Positions 25,294-34,115 of a DNA stretch of 54,578 bases are shown here, in pieces. Source of the stretch: a virus. Taxonomy: Duplodnaviria; Caudoviricetes. A program made the translations under genes and the position numbers. Every line of letters starts with the position of its first letter. The first letter of the stretch is position 1. The notes under the pieces are model-generated. The model was given only the letters and a program-made list of their open reading frames with translations, was not told where the DNA came from and searched no databases. The DNA is taken from IMG/VR virus record IMGVR_UViG_3300025154_000124, positions 1 to 54,578 of that record; one strand, written 5' to 3'.

Positions 25294-25449
25294 ATGATGT
25301 CAGAGCAAACCATTGAGCAACGTGTTTCTGTACTCGAAAAAGAAATAGCCGAACTGAAAGTGCAAGTTTCAGCCCGGCCAATGGATATCGAAAAGTTCGC
25401 GGCGGAATTAGCGCTCTATAGATCTAAAGCCTCACACAAAACGGAATAA
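25294..25449 (+). CDS. Small coiled-coil ORF (51 aa), convergent with next gene
   Basis: GGGGAGGTG RBS; translated by hand. Confidence 0.5.
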   Translation: MMSEQTIEQRVSVLEKEIAELKVQVSARPMDIEKFAAELALYRSKASHKTE

Positions 25450-25631
25450 AGAAGTTTCTTTGTGAATTCTTGTGATTCAGTTATGCAAAACATCGCTATA
25501 CCAGCATTAGAAATATTTTTACCGTCATCAGAGTATTTTAGTAAATTTGTTAAAATTTGTTCTTCCGTTGACTCGCTGGTAATTTTATTTGCTAAATCAT
25601 CACAGATAGTTTTGAGTTCCTGTTTATCCAT
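25416..25631 (-). CDS. Moron: small acidic hypothetical protein (71 aa)
   Basis: GAGGAGGTG RBS; upstream repeated promoter-like motif. Confidence 0.6.
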   Translation of the reverse strand: MDKQELKTICDDLANKITSESTEEQILTNLLKYSDDGKNISNAGIAMFCITESQEFTKKLLYSVLCEALDL

Positions 25632-25737
25632 AGTTATATCACCTCCTCTCACATCGAGATTGGAAGTCCGAACAGCTTACATTTCGACACGAAAGAGGTA
25701 AAACCTGTAAATTATTTTGCGAAGGGAGGTTGGTAAA

Positions 25738-25875
25738 GTGAATGTAGCCTTGAAAATTGTCACGAGTTCCATGGAAGATGCAGAAAAAAGTCTTTCGGAA
25801 ATCGCACGCATACGCGCAGATCTGGTAAAAAAATACCCCGACATTGTAGTGAATGTCGAGGTAGAGATCAGATAA
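25738..25875 (+). CDS. Small ORF (45 aa), abutting the next convergent gene
   Basis: AAGGGAGG RBS, GTG start; translated by hand. Confidence 0.5.
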   Translation: MNVALKIVTSSMEDAEKSLSEIARIRADLVKKYPDIVVNVEVEIR

Positions 25876-26100
25876 TTAGTCTTCCTTCGTTATAGAGATA
25901 AACTTCAGTCCTTTGCATGATGCTGAATAGTTCGCGCCTTCAGCATATAAATGCATATCACAGCTTACTGGAAAATCGTGTTCTAGTATTTCATTTTCTG
26001 ATACAACAACATCGTCAATTGCGTTGAAATATTTTACTTTCGTTATGTGCTCAAACTCCTGATAACTCTTGTCGTTGTAAATAAACTGAAACTTAAACAT
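25876..26100 (-). CDS. Moron: small hypothetical protein (74 aa)
   Basis: AAGGAGGTG RBS; upstream repeated promoter-like motif. Confidence 0.6.
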   Translation of the reverse strand: MFKFQFIYNDKSYQEFEHITKVKYFNAIDDVVVSENEILEHDFPVSCDMHLYAEGANYSASCKGLKFISITKED

Positions 26101-26848
26101 TTTGCCACCTCCTTCCTGTATCGACATTGGCTAGTCCGGACAAATTACCATTTCGACACGAAAGAAGGAAAACCTGTAAATATTTACCGAGGGGAGGCGA
26201 GAACCACGAAAGAGCAGATCGCCAATAAAGACCAAGCATTTGCCATGGTACTAAAGATCAACAGTATGCCGCGTTCTAGCTGGATTAAAAAAGGCAGCCG
26301 GGCAAAGTCAAACGAGAATATCGAGATACCCAGAGAGCTCGCGATGGAGCTGGCTAACAAAGCTGTTTACTTTTACCAAACTCTTGAGTTGCTTCCGTGC
26401 GATCCGTTTTGCAATTGCAGTGAAATAGAGGCCCTGCTACAGAAAACGGTCCAAGAACTGCCGGAAGGCGATACGGTGGACGAGTTGGAGCAAATCATGT
26501 TTAGATTTTGCACTTCGTGTGGGAAGAAGTTTGAACGGAAACGAGGCGAAGGAAACCGTGGCAAAATCCCTAACAACATGGCTAAAAGGCCTAACGATAA
26601 CCCCAACATTCGAAACCCTACCGGAGACTAAGGTCACAATCCCCGGCGGGGACCTAAAAACCCTGACCATGCCGAAGTGTCGACCCTGCACATGGATATT
26701 CCGTTCCCTCGGAAAAAGCTTTTGTAATCATCCGAAGGCACCTGACGCGCGGAAGAAGCGCGCAACCCGTATACCGTCGAGAGAGACCAGGATGGGGCCG
26801 GATTGGTGCCCGTTGAGGATAGTGTGAGAGAAGGAGGAGGAAAACGAA

Positions 26849-27250
26849 GTGGCAAACTACCAAATAGAGGTAAAAGTAACGGATCTAGAAAAATTCAAGC
26901 AAATCGTAGTGGAAAACGAGATATTAAAGCTTCAGCTCGAGAAACTCAAAACAGCAAGTAAGGAAGCTGCTGAAATCCTTGGAGACATGGTTGACGTAGC
27001 GAATGCAACGGGGAGCGCTTATTTGTATCGAAGAGATACCGAAAACATTTTAAGGGTTACAAAAGCGTTGGTCGTTGGAGATATCAAACCACACCCAGAC
27101 AGCCCACTATCCTCGCCGGATTGCCCAGAAATCAAGCAAGAAATCAAAAATATATTGCACGACATGCGCAATATGCCGGATGGCTCAACTTACTCAATCG
27201 CACTGGTACGAGAAATGCTCGAAAGCCTCTTGGGTGAAGAAGGGCGGTGA
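26849..27250 (+). CDS. Hypothetical early protein
   Basis: AAGGAGGAGG RBS, 133 aa. Confidence 0.6.
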   Translation: MANYQIEVKVTDLEKFKQIVVENEILKLQLEKLKTASKEAAEILGDMVDVANATGSAYLYRRDTENILRVTKALVVGDIKPHPDSPLSSPDCPEIKQEIKNILHDMRNMPDGSTYSIALVREMLESLLGEEGR

Positions 27251-27468
27251 TCACGTGCTTCGTAAGGTTCTCGAAGCAGCTCATGGTCCAATGACAGACA
27301 CCGAGTTTGCCGAAGTCATGGACCTAATCAGAACGGATGTGAAGGTAAACCGCGTCGCCTTCAATCGAAGGACAAGCACTAAGGAAGCGATTGATATCGC
27401 ACTAGGTTGTTTTATGGCACTCCGGAGGGGTCAGGTAGCTTAATGGATGGAGAAGGAGGTAAAAACGA

Positions 27469-28059
27469 TTGAGAGAAACCACAGCCGAGAAACAAGCTAA
27501 AAATCCAAGGCTAATCCATGAATTCGAAGGCGGACCCGTTAGCTTATTTTGGCAAGACCCTACTTGGTTCAGACCACATTACAAGGGCGAAGATATGAAA
27601 CTTATCGTCCTCGAACTATGTAAATACCATCAAGTTTTTGTTGATCATAAGATCATGCCAACCTTAAATGCTGTCGTGTGGGAAAGGATGCCTTTATGTA
27701 ATCCATGCGAGGAATGCGACGAGTGTAGCGCTGATACCTGTCCAAAGTCGGAGGATGAAGTTGGCGAAAAGGGCTCCAGGATGCAGATAGCTGAGACTCT
27801 GGAAGGTTGGTTTATCGATCTTGGAAAATGCACACCTTGGGATGATCCCGTTAAGCTCAAAGCCGAAAACGTAAGGCTCAAACTGCAACTTGAAAAGGTG
27901 CTGGAAGCGATAGGGGAAGGAGTTCCGTGCCCTAACGCTGTGAATTTACCAATTGTTGATATTAGATGCGGCGAGTTCAATTGTATAGAATGCTGGCGAC
28001 AAGCTCTAGAAACTGTTAAGGAAGGCGAGGTGACGGGAAGCGGATGCCAAGGTAATTGA
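27469..28059 (+). CDS. Cys-rich hypothetical early protein
   Basis: AAGGAGG RBS; several CxxC clusters. Confidence 0.55.
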   Translation: MRETTAEKQAKNPRLIHEFEGGPVSLFWQDPTWFRPHYKGEDMKLIVLELCKYHQVFVDHKIMPTLNAVVWERMPLCNPCEECDECSADTCPKSEDEVGEKGSRMQIAETLEGWFIDLGKCTPWDDPVKLKAENVRLKLQLEKVLEAIGEGVPCPNAVNLPIVDIRCGEFNCIECWRQALETVKEGEVTGSGCQGN

Positions 28060-28532
28060 CCTGACCAAAGAAGGAACCCTTCTGCCATGTGCTCCTGACG
28101 TATGCCAAGAATGCGCAACGAAGCACGATCCGGCAATGCCCCACAACCAGCAAAGCCTTTACTATCAATACAAGTTTTATCAGCAGAACGGACGTTTTCC
28201 AACTTGGAATGATGCTCTAGCCCATTGTTCCCTCAAAACAAAGGCATGGTGGAAGAAGGAACTCACGGAAAGAGGTATCGAGATTTAAGAGCAAGGAGGG
28301 TGGGCCCCATGCAAAAACAATCGTTAACCCCGCGATGCCTATGTGGGCAAACCATAACCTTTCCAAAACGCAAGAACATATCGCACTGTACGACCGAAGG
28401 ATGCGGAGTCCGTTGGGAGCGTGGCCCGGAAGGCTATTGGGCAATCGGGCTCACAAGGATAATGTTTACCCCTTATTTAGCAAAGCTAAAGGAGTCCAAG
28501 TACAAACTTGACCGTTATGGTCGCTACATGGA

Positions 28533-29102
28533 GTGGAGGGAAAGGAACAAGGGGAAGGCGGGGAGGAAATGACGGAAGAACAGAAAGCCCAGGCTCTGTC
28601 AAAGCTTAAAGAGGTCCGCGAGACGTGGGTTGACCTACCAAGGCATGTTTACACCGAAGCATACGAGTCAGCAATTCTTACTTATGTTGCCCTGTGCGTT
28701 CACTATGGGCATACCGAAATCGAATCCCTGGTCATCAGTATCCTGCATCACGAAACGGGCGGGAGGGAGCCGTATTTTAGGCTTGATTGGAGAGAAGGGC
28801 AGCTGGAAAAGATCCTGAAGTCCATTCGACGGAAACTGCTCAAAGTTGATTGGATTAAGCGCGAAGTTGAGGCATACCAGCTAGTTCAAGAAGAAAAGCG
28901 TTATCACGAACTTTGGGCGCAAACCATGCACAGCGGTCAGGCGACGAGGGTTAACAAAACCGAGAAGTCCAATCCTTATGCCACGCTTGCGACCGTTACC
29001 GATGAAGGTTTGACGGTGGAGTACATGGCTGGCAGGGTCGTTGGTCAAGAGTATGTTGTCCCGGTGTTCATAGACTCCGTTAACTGGGGAGGGCTGAAAT
29101 GA
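28533..29102 (+). CDS. Hypothetical early protein
   Basis: ORF in early operon; likely start is ATG near 28569 after GGGAGG. Confidence 0.55.
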   Translation: MEGKEQGEGGEEMTEEQKAQALSKLKEVRETWVDLPRHVYTEAYESAILTYVALCVHYGHTEIESLVISILHHETGGREPYFRLDWREGQLEKILKSIRRKLLKVDWIKREVEAYQLVQEEKRYHELWAQTMHSGQATRVNKTEKSNPYATLATVTDEGLTVEYMAGRVVGQEYVVPVFIDSVNWGGLK

Positions 29103-29270
29103 AGCAAGGTAAAGCACCAACGCGAGCGCAAGAGATCAGACTCAAATCCCTACGACTCATTCCCGAGAATTGGTTAGTAGTTAGGGACTGCCCTACGTGT
29201 TTCGTCATTATTCATCGGGTGTCGAAAAAGGTTCGAACACTTGACTTGCAGCCAAGAAAGGAGAATTCAA

Positions 29271-29642
29271 TTGGATCAACTAGAACTCGAAGTAATCAAC
29301 ATCCTGCGAGAACTCGGAATACCTGCACATATCAAGGGTTATCGGTACATCATAGCCGCGGTTAAATACCTTCGCAAGAATCCAAACTCCATCTATCACG
29401 TGATCAAAGAACTCTATCCAGAGGCCGGAAAATCGTGTGGCGAAGAAAAAACCAACCGTGTCGAAAGAGGCATTCGCCACGCGATTAGCCTGGCTTCCTC
29501 CGATGACAACACATGGCTCAAAGTGCTCGGCAGAGTTGGACCGATGCCAAATGGAGAGTTCTTGGCAGCGTTGGACGAGACAATACGGATTAAGGCGGCA
29601 AGTAATCCTGACAAGCTGGAAGAGCGCATTCGTGAAGAGTAA
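29271..29642 (+). CDS. Stand-alone Spo0A C-terminal DNA-binding domain protein
   Basis: ELGIPAHIKGYRY, KELYP, RVERGIRHAI and PNGEFLA match the Spo0A effector domain; no receiver domain; TTG start after AAGGAG. Confidence 0.9.
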   Translation: MDQLELEVINILRELGIPAHIKGYRYIIAAVKYLRKNPNSIYHVIKELYPEAGKSCGEEKTNRVERGIRHAISLASSDDNTWLKVLGRVGPMPNGEFLAALDETIRIKAASNPDKLEERIREE

Positions 29643-30171
29643 TGTGGCTTTGAGCCGCAAAAACCGGTTCGCCGATCTAAAGACCGAATCCGAAATGAAT
29701 TCCATGGCTATCGGAATCATCGGGGTAATCGTGGGGGAGATTCACAGCACCGCTGAGGAAAAGGTTGTGGAAATTGCAAGGACCATGAAGGATATGAACC
29801 AAGTGTTGGACGCGAAAAAAGCCTCTGCGTCAACAGAGGCCCAAGGGGAAATATATCATTTGAATTGTATCATAGATCCGGAAAAAGTTGAATCATTCAA
29901 GAGGCAATGGAACTCCATAGATGTCTCGAAAGTTGAACCACTGGTGGCTTTTCCGTTGACGGAGCGTGGGCCAAAGTGCAGGGATTGTAAATGCTTTAAT
30001 TGTGGGGAATTGATCGAATGTCGAGTTATTGAACCGTCTGCCTTGCTCCATTGCGCGTCACTTTGTATAGGGTTGTACCCAATTGAGTCGTGCAAATATT
30101 TTGACAAGGAGAACGATGATCAAGCGGAAGCAAAGTCGGACGCTGAAGAGATTTTAAGAAATGAGGGGTAA

Positions 30172-30843
30172 ATGTTGAAAATATCAGAAAAACACCTCAA
30201 GGAAGTATGCAAGATTGGTCAGGGTGCTGAATGTTGCAGGTATATTGTTTTAGGCGATGCTCTTGAGTGCTCTAAAGGTACAGCCGTGGGCGGACTTCTA
30301 GATAGAAGAGCCAGAAAAGGAGAAACGACAGCCCAAGGGGATAACTGCGACGGCCATGGATCGCCAATCAGTAAGCCTAAGACTCGGATTATTGATCAAG
30401 TGTCTAAGGATACAGGGATTTCTCCAGAGGACTTGGCGAAATACCATTGCGTTAATGAATTCCGTAATAAATTTAAAGCGCTTTGCGATGGCCCTTGCGA
30501 AGCTTGCTGGGATCAGGAGGATTTCAAGGAGGAAGCTGTCGATCCCTACGTTTTGGTAACGGTAACGGATGAGGAAGCTGAGTGCATTAATAGGGTTAAG
30601 GACAAGCTTGATGAGGCTTGCAAGCTTTCTAGGAAAGCTAAGGAAATAAAAAAGAATGCCTTTGAGGAAAAAGATGTCTGGTTTGCGGAGGTAGAAGAGA
30701 AGTACGGAATTAAGGGTAATTTCCGTTTTGATCCCGAGACCAAAGCTTTGCGGAGGATGGAAAAGCCTGACGAAAGAGCAGCTATCACCAAGGTAATCGG
30801 AATATTGGTAGGACTTCAAGAAACTACCATTGGCCCTAAATAA
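30172..30843 (+). CDS. Hypothetical Cys-rich early protein
   Basis: GAGGGG RBS, 223 aa. Confidence 0.55.
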   Translation: MLKISEKHLKEVCKIGQGAECCRYIVLGDALECSKGTAVGGLLDRRARKGETTAQGDNCDGHGSPISKPKTRIIDQVSKDTGISPEDLAKYHCVNEFRNKFKALCDGPCEACWDQEDFKEEAVDPYVLVTVTDEEAECINRVKDKLDEACKLSRKAKEIKKNAFEEKDVWFAEVEEKYGIKGNFRFDPETKALRRMEKPDERAAITKVIGILVGLQETTIGPK

Positions 30844-30863
30844 AAGAGAGTGAGGAAATACAA

Positions 30864-31781
30864 ATGTCAGTAAAGGAAACGAAAGCCCAAGAACAGTCTC
30901 AGGAAATCGCACTTTTAGGTGACGGAGCCGTATTTGTAAAACGGACCGCCTCTGGCCTTGTCAAGGCTGTTAAGGCTCAAATAAAACTTGAGGAGAAGAA
31001 AGGCCATCTCGCGGAAATTCAAGGGAAGGTGATGGTCACCGGAGCCGGATACAACGAAATGAATAAGGTTGCAGGGGTTTCTGTTATCACTCCCGAGAAA
31101 TTAACCTTGCCGGATGGATCGGTGGTTGTTAATCCATACCCTATCGTAGATCCTGTTTCGGGAAGTATCTCAAAAGTTTGGGTTAAAAAGATGGCAATCG
31201 GCTTAAGCCCAATTGGCAATCTAGTTATCACCACTTCCACCCTGCTTTATGATATCCAAATGTATTTCATTCAGGACCTTATGAAAAAGATTAAAAAAAA
31301 TTCTATTGCTGGTCGACTTTGCATGGAATCCATGCTGACAGATCAGGACAGATTGAAAGGAATGTTTTGCCGAATTGAAGGTGAAATGGGAATTTGGGCG
31401 GACATTAATAACATAGATACAATGACCTGCATTGAGACATTCATACAAAACAAGCTCTTTGCTGAACGAAAAGCCCAAACCATTGCCGAACGCAATGCAA
31501 TGAAGAAACATCCTGCGCTTGCAACAACCTTAGTTGTTCCAACCGGACCGGAAAAGGCCAGAACTGCCGTTGTTAACGTGGTTGGATTCTCCCATGATTT
31601 TTCCCAGCAAGAACTATTAGATATTGCCCAAAAAGCATCCGACGGAGAACCGATCACAGTGAACAACAAAAAGGTTGAGGTCGTTGATATCTCATCCAGC
31701 GAACTTACCGAAGAAGATTTGGCAACCAGTACTGATGAGGAAGAAAATACAGAAGGCTCAAGTGGGGGTGATCTTCTTTGA
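30864..31781 (+). CDS. Putative DNA recombination/annealing protein
   Basis: First gene of the SbcC-UvrD cluster; acidic C-terminal tail; family not recognised. Confidence 0.4.
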   Translation: MSVKETKAQEQSQEIALLGDGAVFVKRTASGLVKAVKAQIKLEEKKGHLAEIQGKVMVTGAGYNEMNKVAGVSVITPEKLTLPDGSVVVNPYPIVDPVSGSISKVWVKKMAIGLSPIGNLVITTSTLLYDIQMYFIQDLMKKIKKNSIAGRLCMESMLTDQDRLKGMFCRIEGEMGIWADINNIDTMTCIETFIQNKLFAERKAQTIAERNAMKKHPALATTLVVPTGPEKARTAVVNVVGFSHDFSQQELLDIAQKASDGEPITVNNKKVEVVDISSSELTEEDLATSTDEEENTEGSSGGDLL

Positions 31782-33982
31782 TCACAGCGATAACCATGCG
31801 CAACTTCAAGGGCCAGATGGAGTCGCAAAAGTTAACTGGTAAAGACATCTTCGTCGGCCCAAATGGCAAGGGTAAGACGACTCGGTTACAAGCTGTCGGT
31901 ATTGCCCTCCTTGGTTACGTACCCGGCAAGGGCAAATTGCCAGCTGAGACGTTTAAATTAGCCAGTGCGGATAATATGTCAGTTGGGCTTGTGACTGATA
32001 ATCTGACATTTGCCCGTACCTTTACGAGGACGGAAAAGAGCGGTAAGGATGGGGCTAGTAACGTTACAGTCTCCCAAGACATTACCTTATCACCCAGTCG
32101 GGGCGAAAAGAAGGCAGTGGAGAAAGAAGCGCGGATTGCCTTCGAGGTTGGAAACTTTCCGGTAATGCTGGATTTTAATGAGTTCCTTTCCTTGTCAGAC
32201 TCAAAACGTCGGGATTTTATCTATGGATTATCGGCTATCAAGACGGATTCGTGGGATCGCACCAAAGTCGAGAAACACATAAGGACTAAACTCCTCACAT
32301 TGGATCTCGAAGTAAATAATCCTGATCAATACCAAATCATGAGCGGACTCATAGTGGACGCAATGAAGGAATATCCGGAACACGATGACATTCAGGCCGG
32401 ATTACAGTCGATGATCGAATGGGCCAAAGCTAAGCAGACCCACTGGAACGATGAGAAGAAGAATGCTGTTGGTGCTGTCAAGAAGTTGGCCGACATGAAG
32501 AATCAGCTGGAAGAAACCGACCGTAATATCGTGCAGCACAAAGCCGAATTAGAGCAGCTGCAGCAACAGCTTACTGACAGTGAAAGTCAACTCGCTAGAG
32601 ATCGAGAACGAAAACGTGCAATTGATCAGCGCCTTGTTAGGATAAGTGAACTCGGGACAATGATTGAAACGCTGTCTAAGAGTCAGGCTGAACCTGCAGT
32701 TAATTATGACCTGATGATTACGGAGCTCCGAGGACAGATCAAAGAGTTTGACTTTAAGGCAACGTTCGCCAGATTTGATCAAGAATTGCAAGCATTAACC
32801 AATCAGCTCAAAGAGGCAAGGGAACAGGATCGAGCCACCATCACTGCATTAGCCCAAATCCAGGCGGAAAAAACGGTACTTAATTCGACCTTAAAGCAGA
32901 TCGATGAGCAGTCAAAGAAAAATGGCTCCGGCAGGGTCTGTGTTATTCATCCCAAGATTGGATGCGACAAGGATTTTAGCAAGGCAGCGACAGTCTTTAG
33001 TCAACAGCTCGTTGTATTGGAGCAAAGAGAAGCCGACCAAAAGGCTGTACAAAAGGAAGTAAGGATTCGGATCGAAGGCCTTGAAACCGGTAAAAACGAC
33101 ATCGATGCGCAACGTACAGAGACGCATAAAAATCAAACGACCTTGAATCAGGTGAACGAGGAAACTAGAAAATCGATTGCTAATCTAGAGAAGAAAAAAG
33201 CAGATGAGGTCAACGCTGCAGCGCGAATCAGCGACCAGCTGAAGATGTACCAGGACGAATTGACTAGGATTAAGAGTTTACCACCCGAGGTGATCGCCCC
33301 CTTGGATATCTTGGAGAAACAAAGCGAAGGGCGTAGGGCGCAGATCAAGGAGCTCAAGGTCAAGCTAGAGGGGCAAGAGAAGGCCAAGATTACGCTGAGT
33401 AGTCTTAAGTCCACGATGATCGACTCCAAGACTGCAAATTATAATGCGCAGTGCATAAAGGACCTTGCTGAGTCCCTGGGCGCAAAAGGCCTACAAGGCG
33501 AGCTAGTGAAAGGGATACTTGAGCCGATACGCTCTGATATTCAAACGAATCTTGAACTTATGGGAATTGACAGTGAATTTTACTTTTCGACGGAATCTGA
33601 TACCGGCAAAGAAGTGTTCCAATTTGGCTGGAAGAATAGCCATGGTGACGAACGCAACTTTGATGCTCTGAGCACTGGGCAACAACTGATTCTTTTAATT
33701 GCAATGCTTGTTACCTTCTTGGAAAGATCTAATCCACCACTTAAAGTTTTAGCGATCGACAATATAGAGAATCTTGATCCGAGGAATTTATGTCGGGCCT
33801 TGGTTGGCATGAACAAACTCTCGAGTAAGATCGATAACATTATCCTTTCTGGAGTGGTCGATGTTTATCGGAGTAAGTGGATTGACGGTCAAGAAGTTAG
33901 GACACCGCTTCCGGAATTGGAAGGCTGGGGAGTAACAGACTTAGGTATTGAGGAGGTGAAGACAGATGCCAGGATGTTATAA
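31778..33982 (+). CDS. SbcC/Rad50-like ABC ATPase with long coiled coil
   Basis: NFKG, Walker A GPNGKGKT, coiled coil with central CVIHPKIGC, signature LSTGQ, Walker B LAIDNIE. Confidence 0.85.
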   Translation: MITAITMRNFKGQMESQKLTGKDIFVGPNGKGKTTRLQAVGIALLGYVPGKGKLPAETFKLASADNMSVGLVTDNLTFARTFTRTEKSGKDGASNVTVSQDITLSPSRGEKKAVEKEARIAFEVGNFPVMLDFNEFLSLSDSKRRDFIYGLSAIKTDSWDRTKVEKHIRTKLLTLDLEVNNPDQYQIMSGLIVDAMKEYPEHDDIQAGLQSMIEWAKAKQTHWNDEKKNAVGAVKKLADMKNQLEETDRNIVQHKAELEQLQQQLTDSESQLARDRERKRAIDQRLVRISELGTMIETLSKSQAEPAVNYDLMITELRGQIKEFDFKATFARFDQELQALTNQLKEAREQDRATITALAQIQAEKTVLNSTLKQIDEQSKKNGSGRVCVIHPKIGCDKDFSKAATVFSQQLVVLEQREADQKAVQKEVRIRIEGLETGKNDIDAQRTETHKNQTTLNQVNEETRKSIANLEKKKADEVNAAARISDQLKMYQDELTRIKSLPPEVIAPLDILEKQSEGRRAQIKELKVKLEGQEKAKITLSSLKSTMIDSKTANYNAQCIKDLAESLGAKGLQGELVKGILEPIRSDIQTNLELMGIDSEFYFSTESDTGKEVFQFGWKNSHGDERNFDALSTGQQLILLIAMLVTFLERSNPPLKVLAIDNIENLDPRNLCRALVGMNKLSSKIDNIILSGVVDVYRSKWIDGQEVRTPLPELEGWGVTDLGIEEVKTDARML

Positions 33983-34115
33983 ATGCGGAACCCAACAAAA
34001 GGTTTTAATAAGCCTCACGACCACTCTTCCTGATACCAAAGGAAAGCCTCAAATTGGTTCTTATGCTCTTTGCGATAAATGCGCCGAAGATCATAAGGAG
34101 GATGCCAAGAAATGA
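33966..34115 (+). CDS. Small zinc-finger-like protein (49 aa)
   Basis: CYKC...CDKC; GAGGAGGTG RBS; ATGA-coupled to the helicase. Confidence 0.5.
   Translation: MPGCYKCGTQQKVLISLTTTLPDTKGKPQIGSYALCDKCAEDHKEDAKK

Larger units (their letters stand above)
25680..26181 (-). repeat. 33-bp repeat (25680-25712 and 26149-26181; related copy 24321-24350), sigma-H-like promoter containing TGTCGAA
   Basis: 31/33 identical; minus strand reads CAGGTTTT-N-TGTCGAAAT. Confidence 0.7.
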
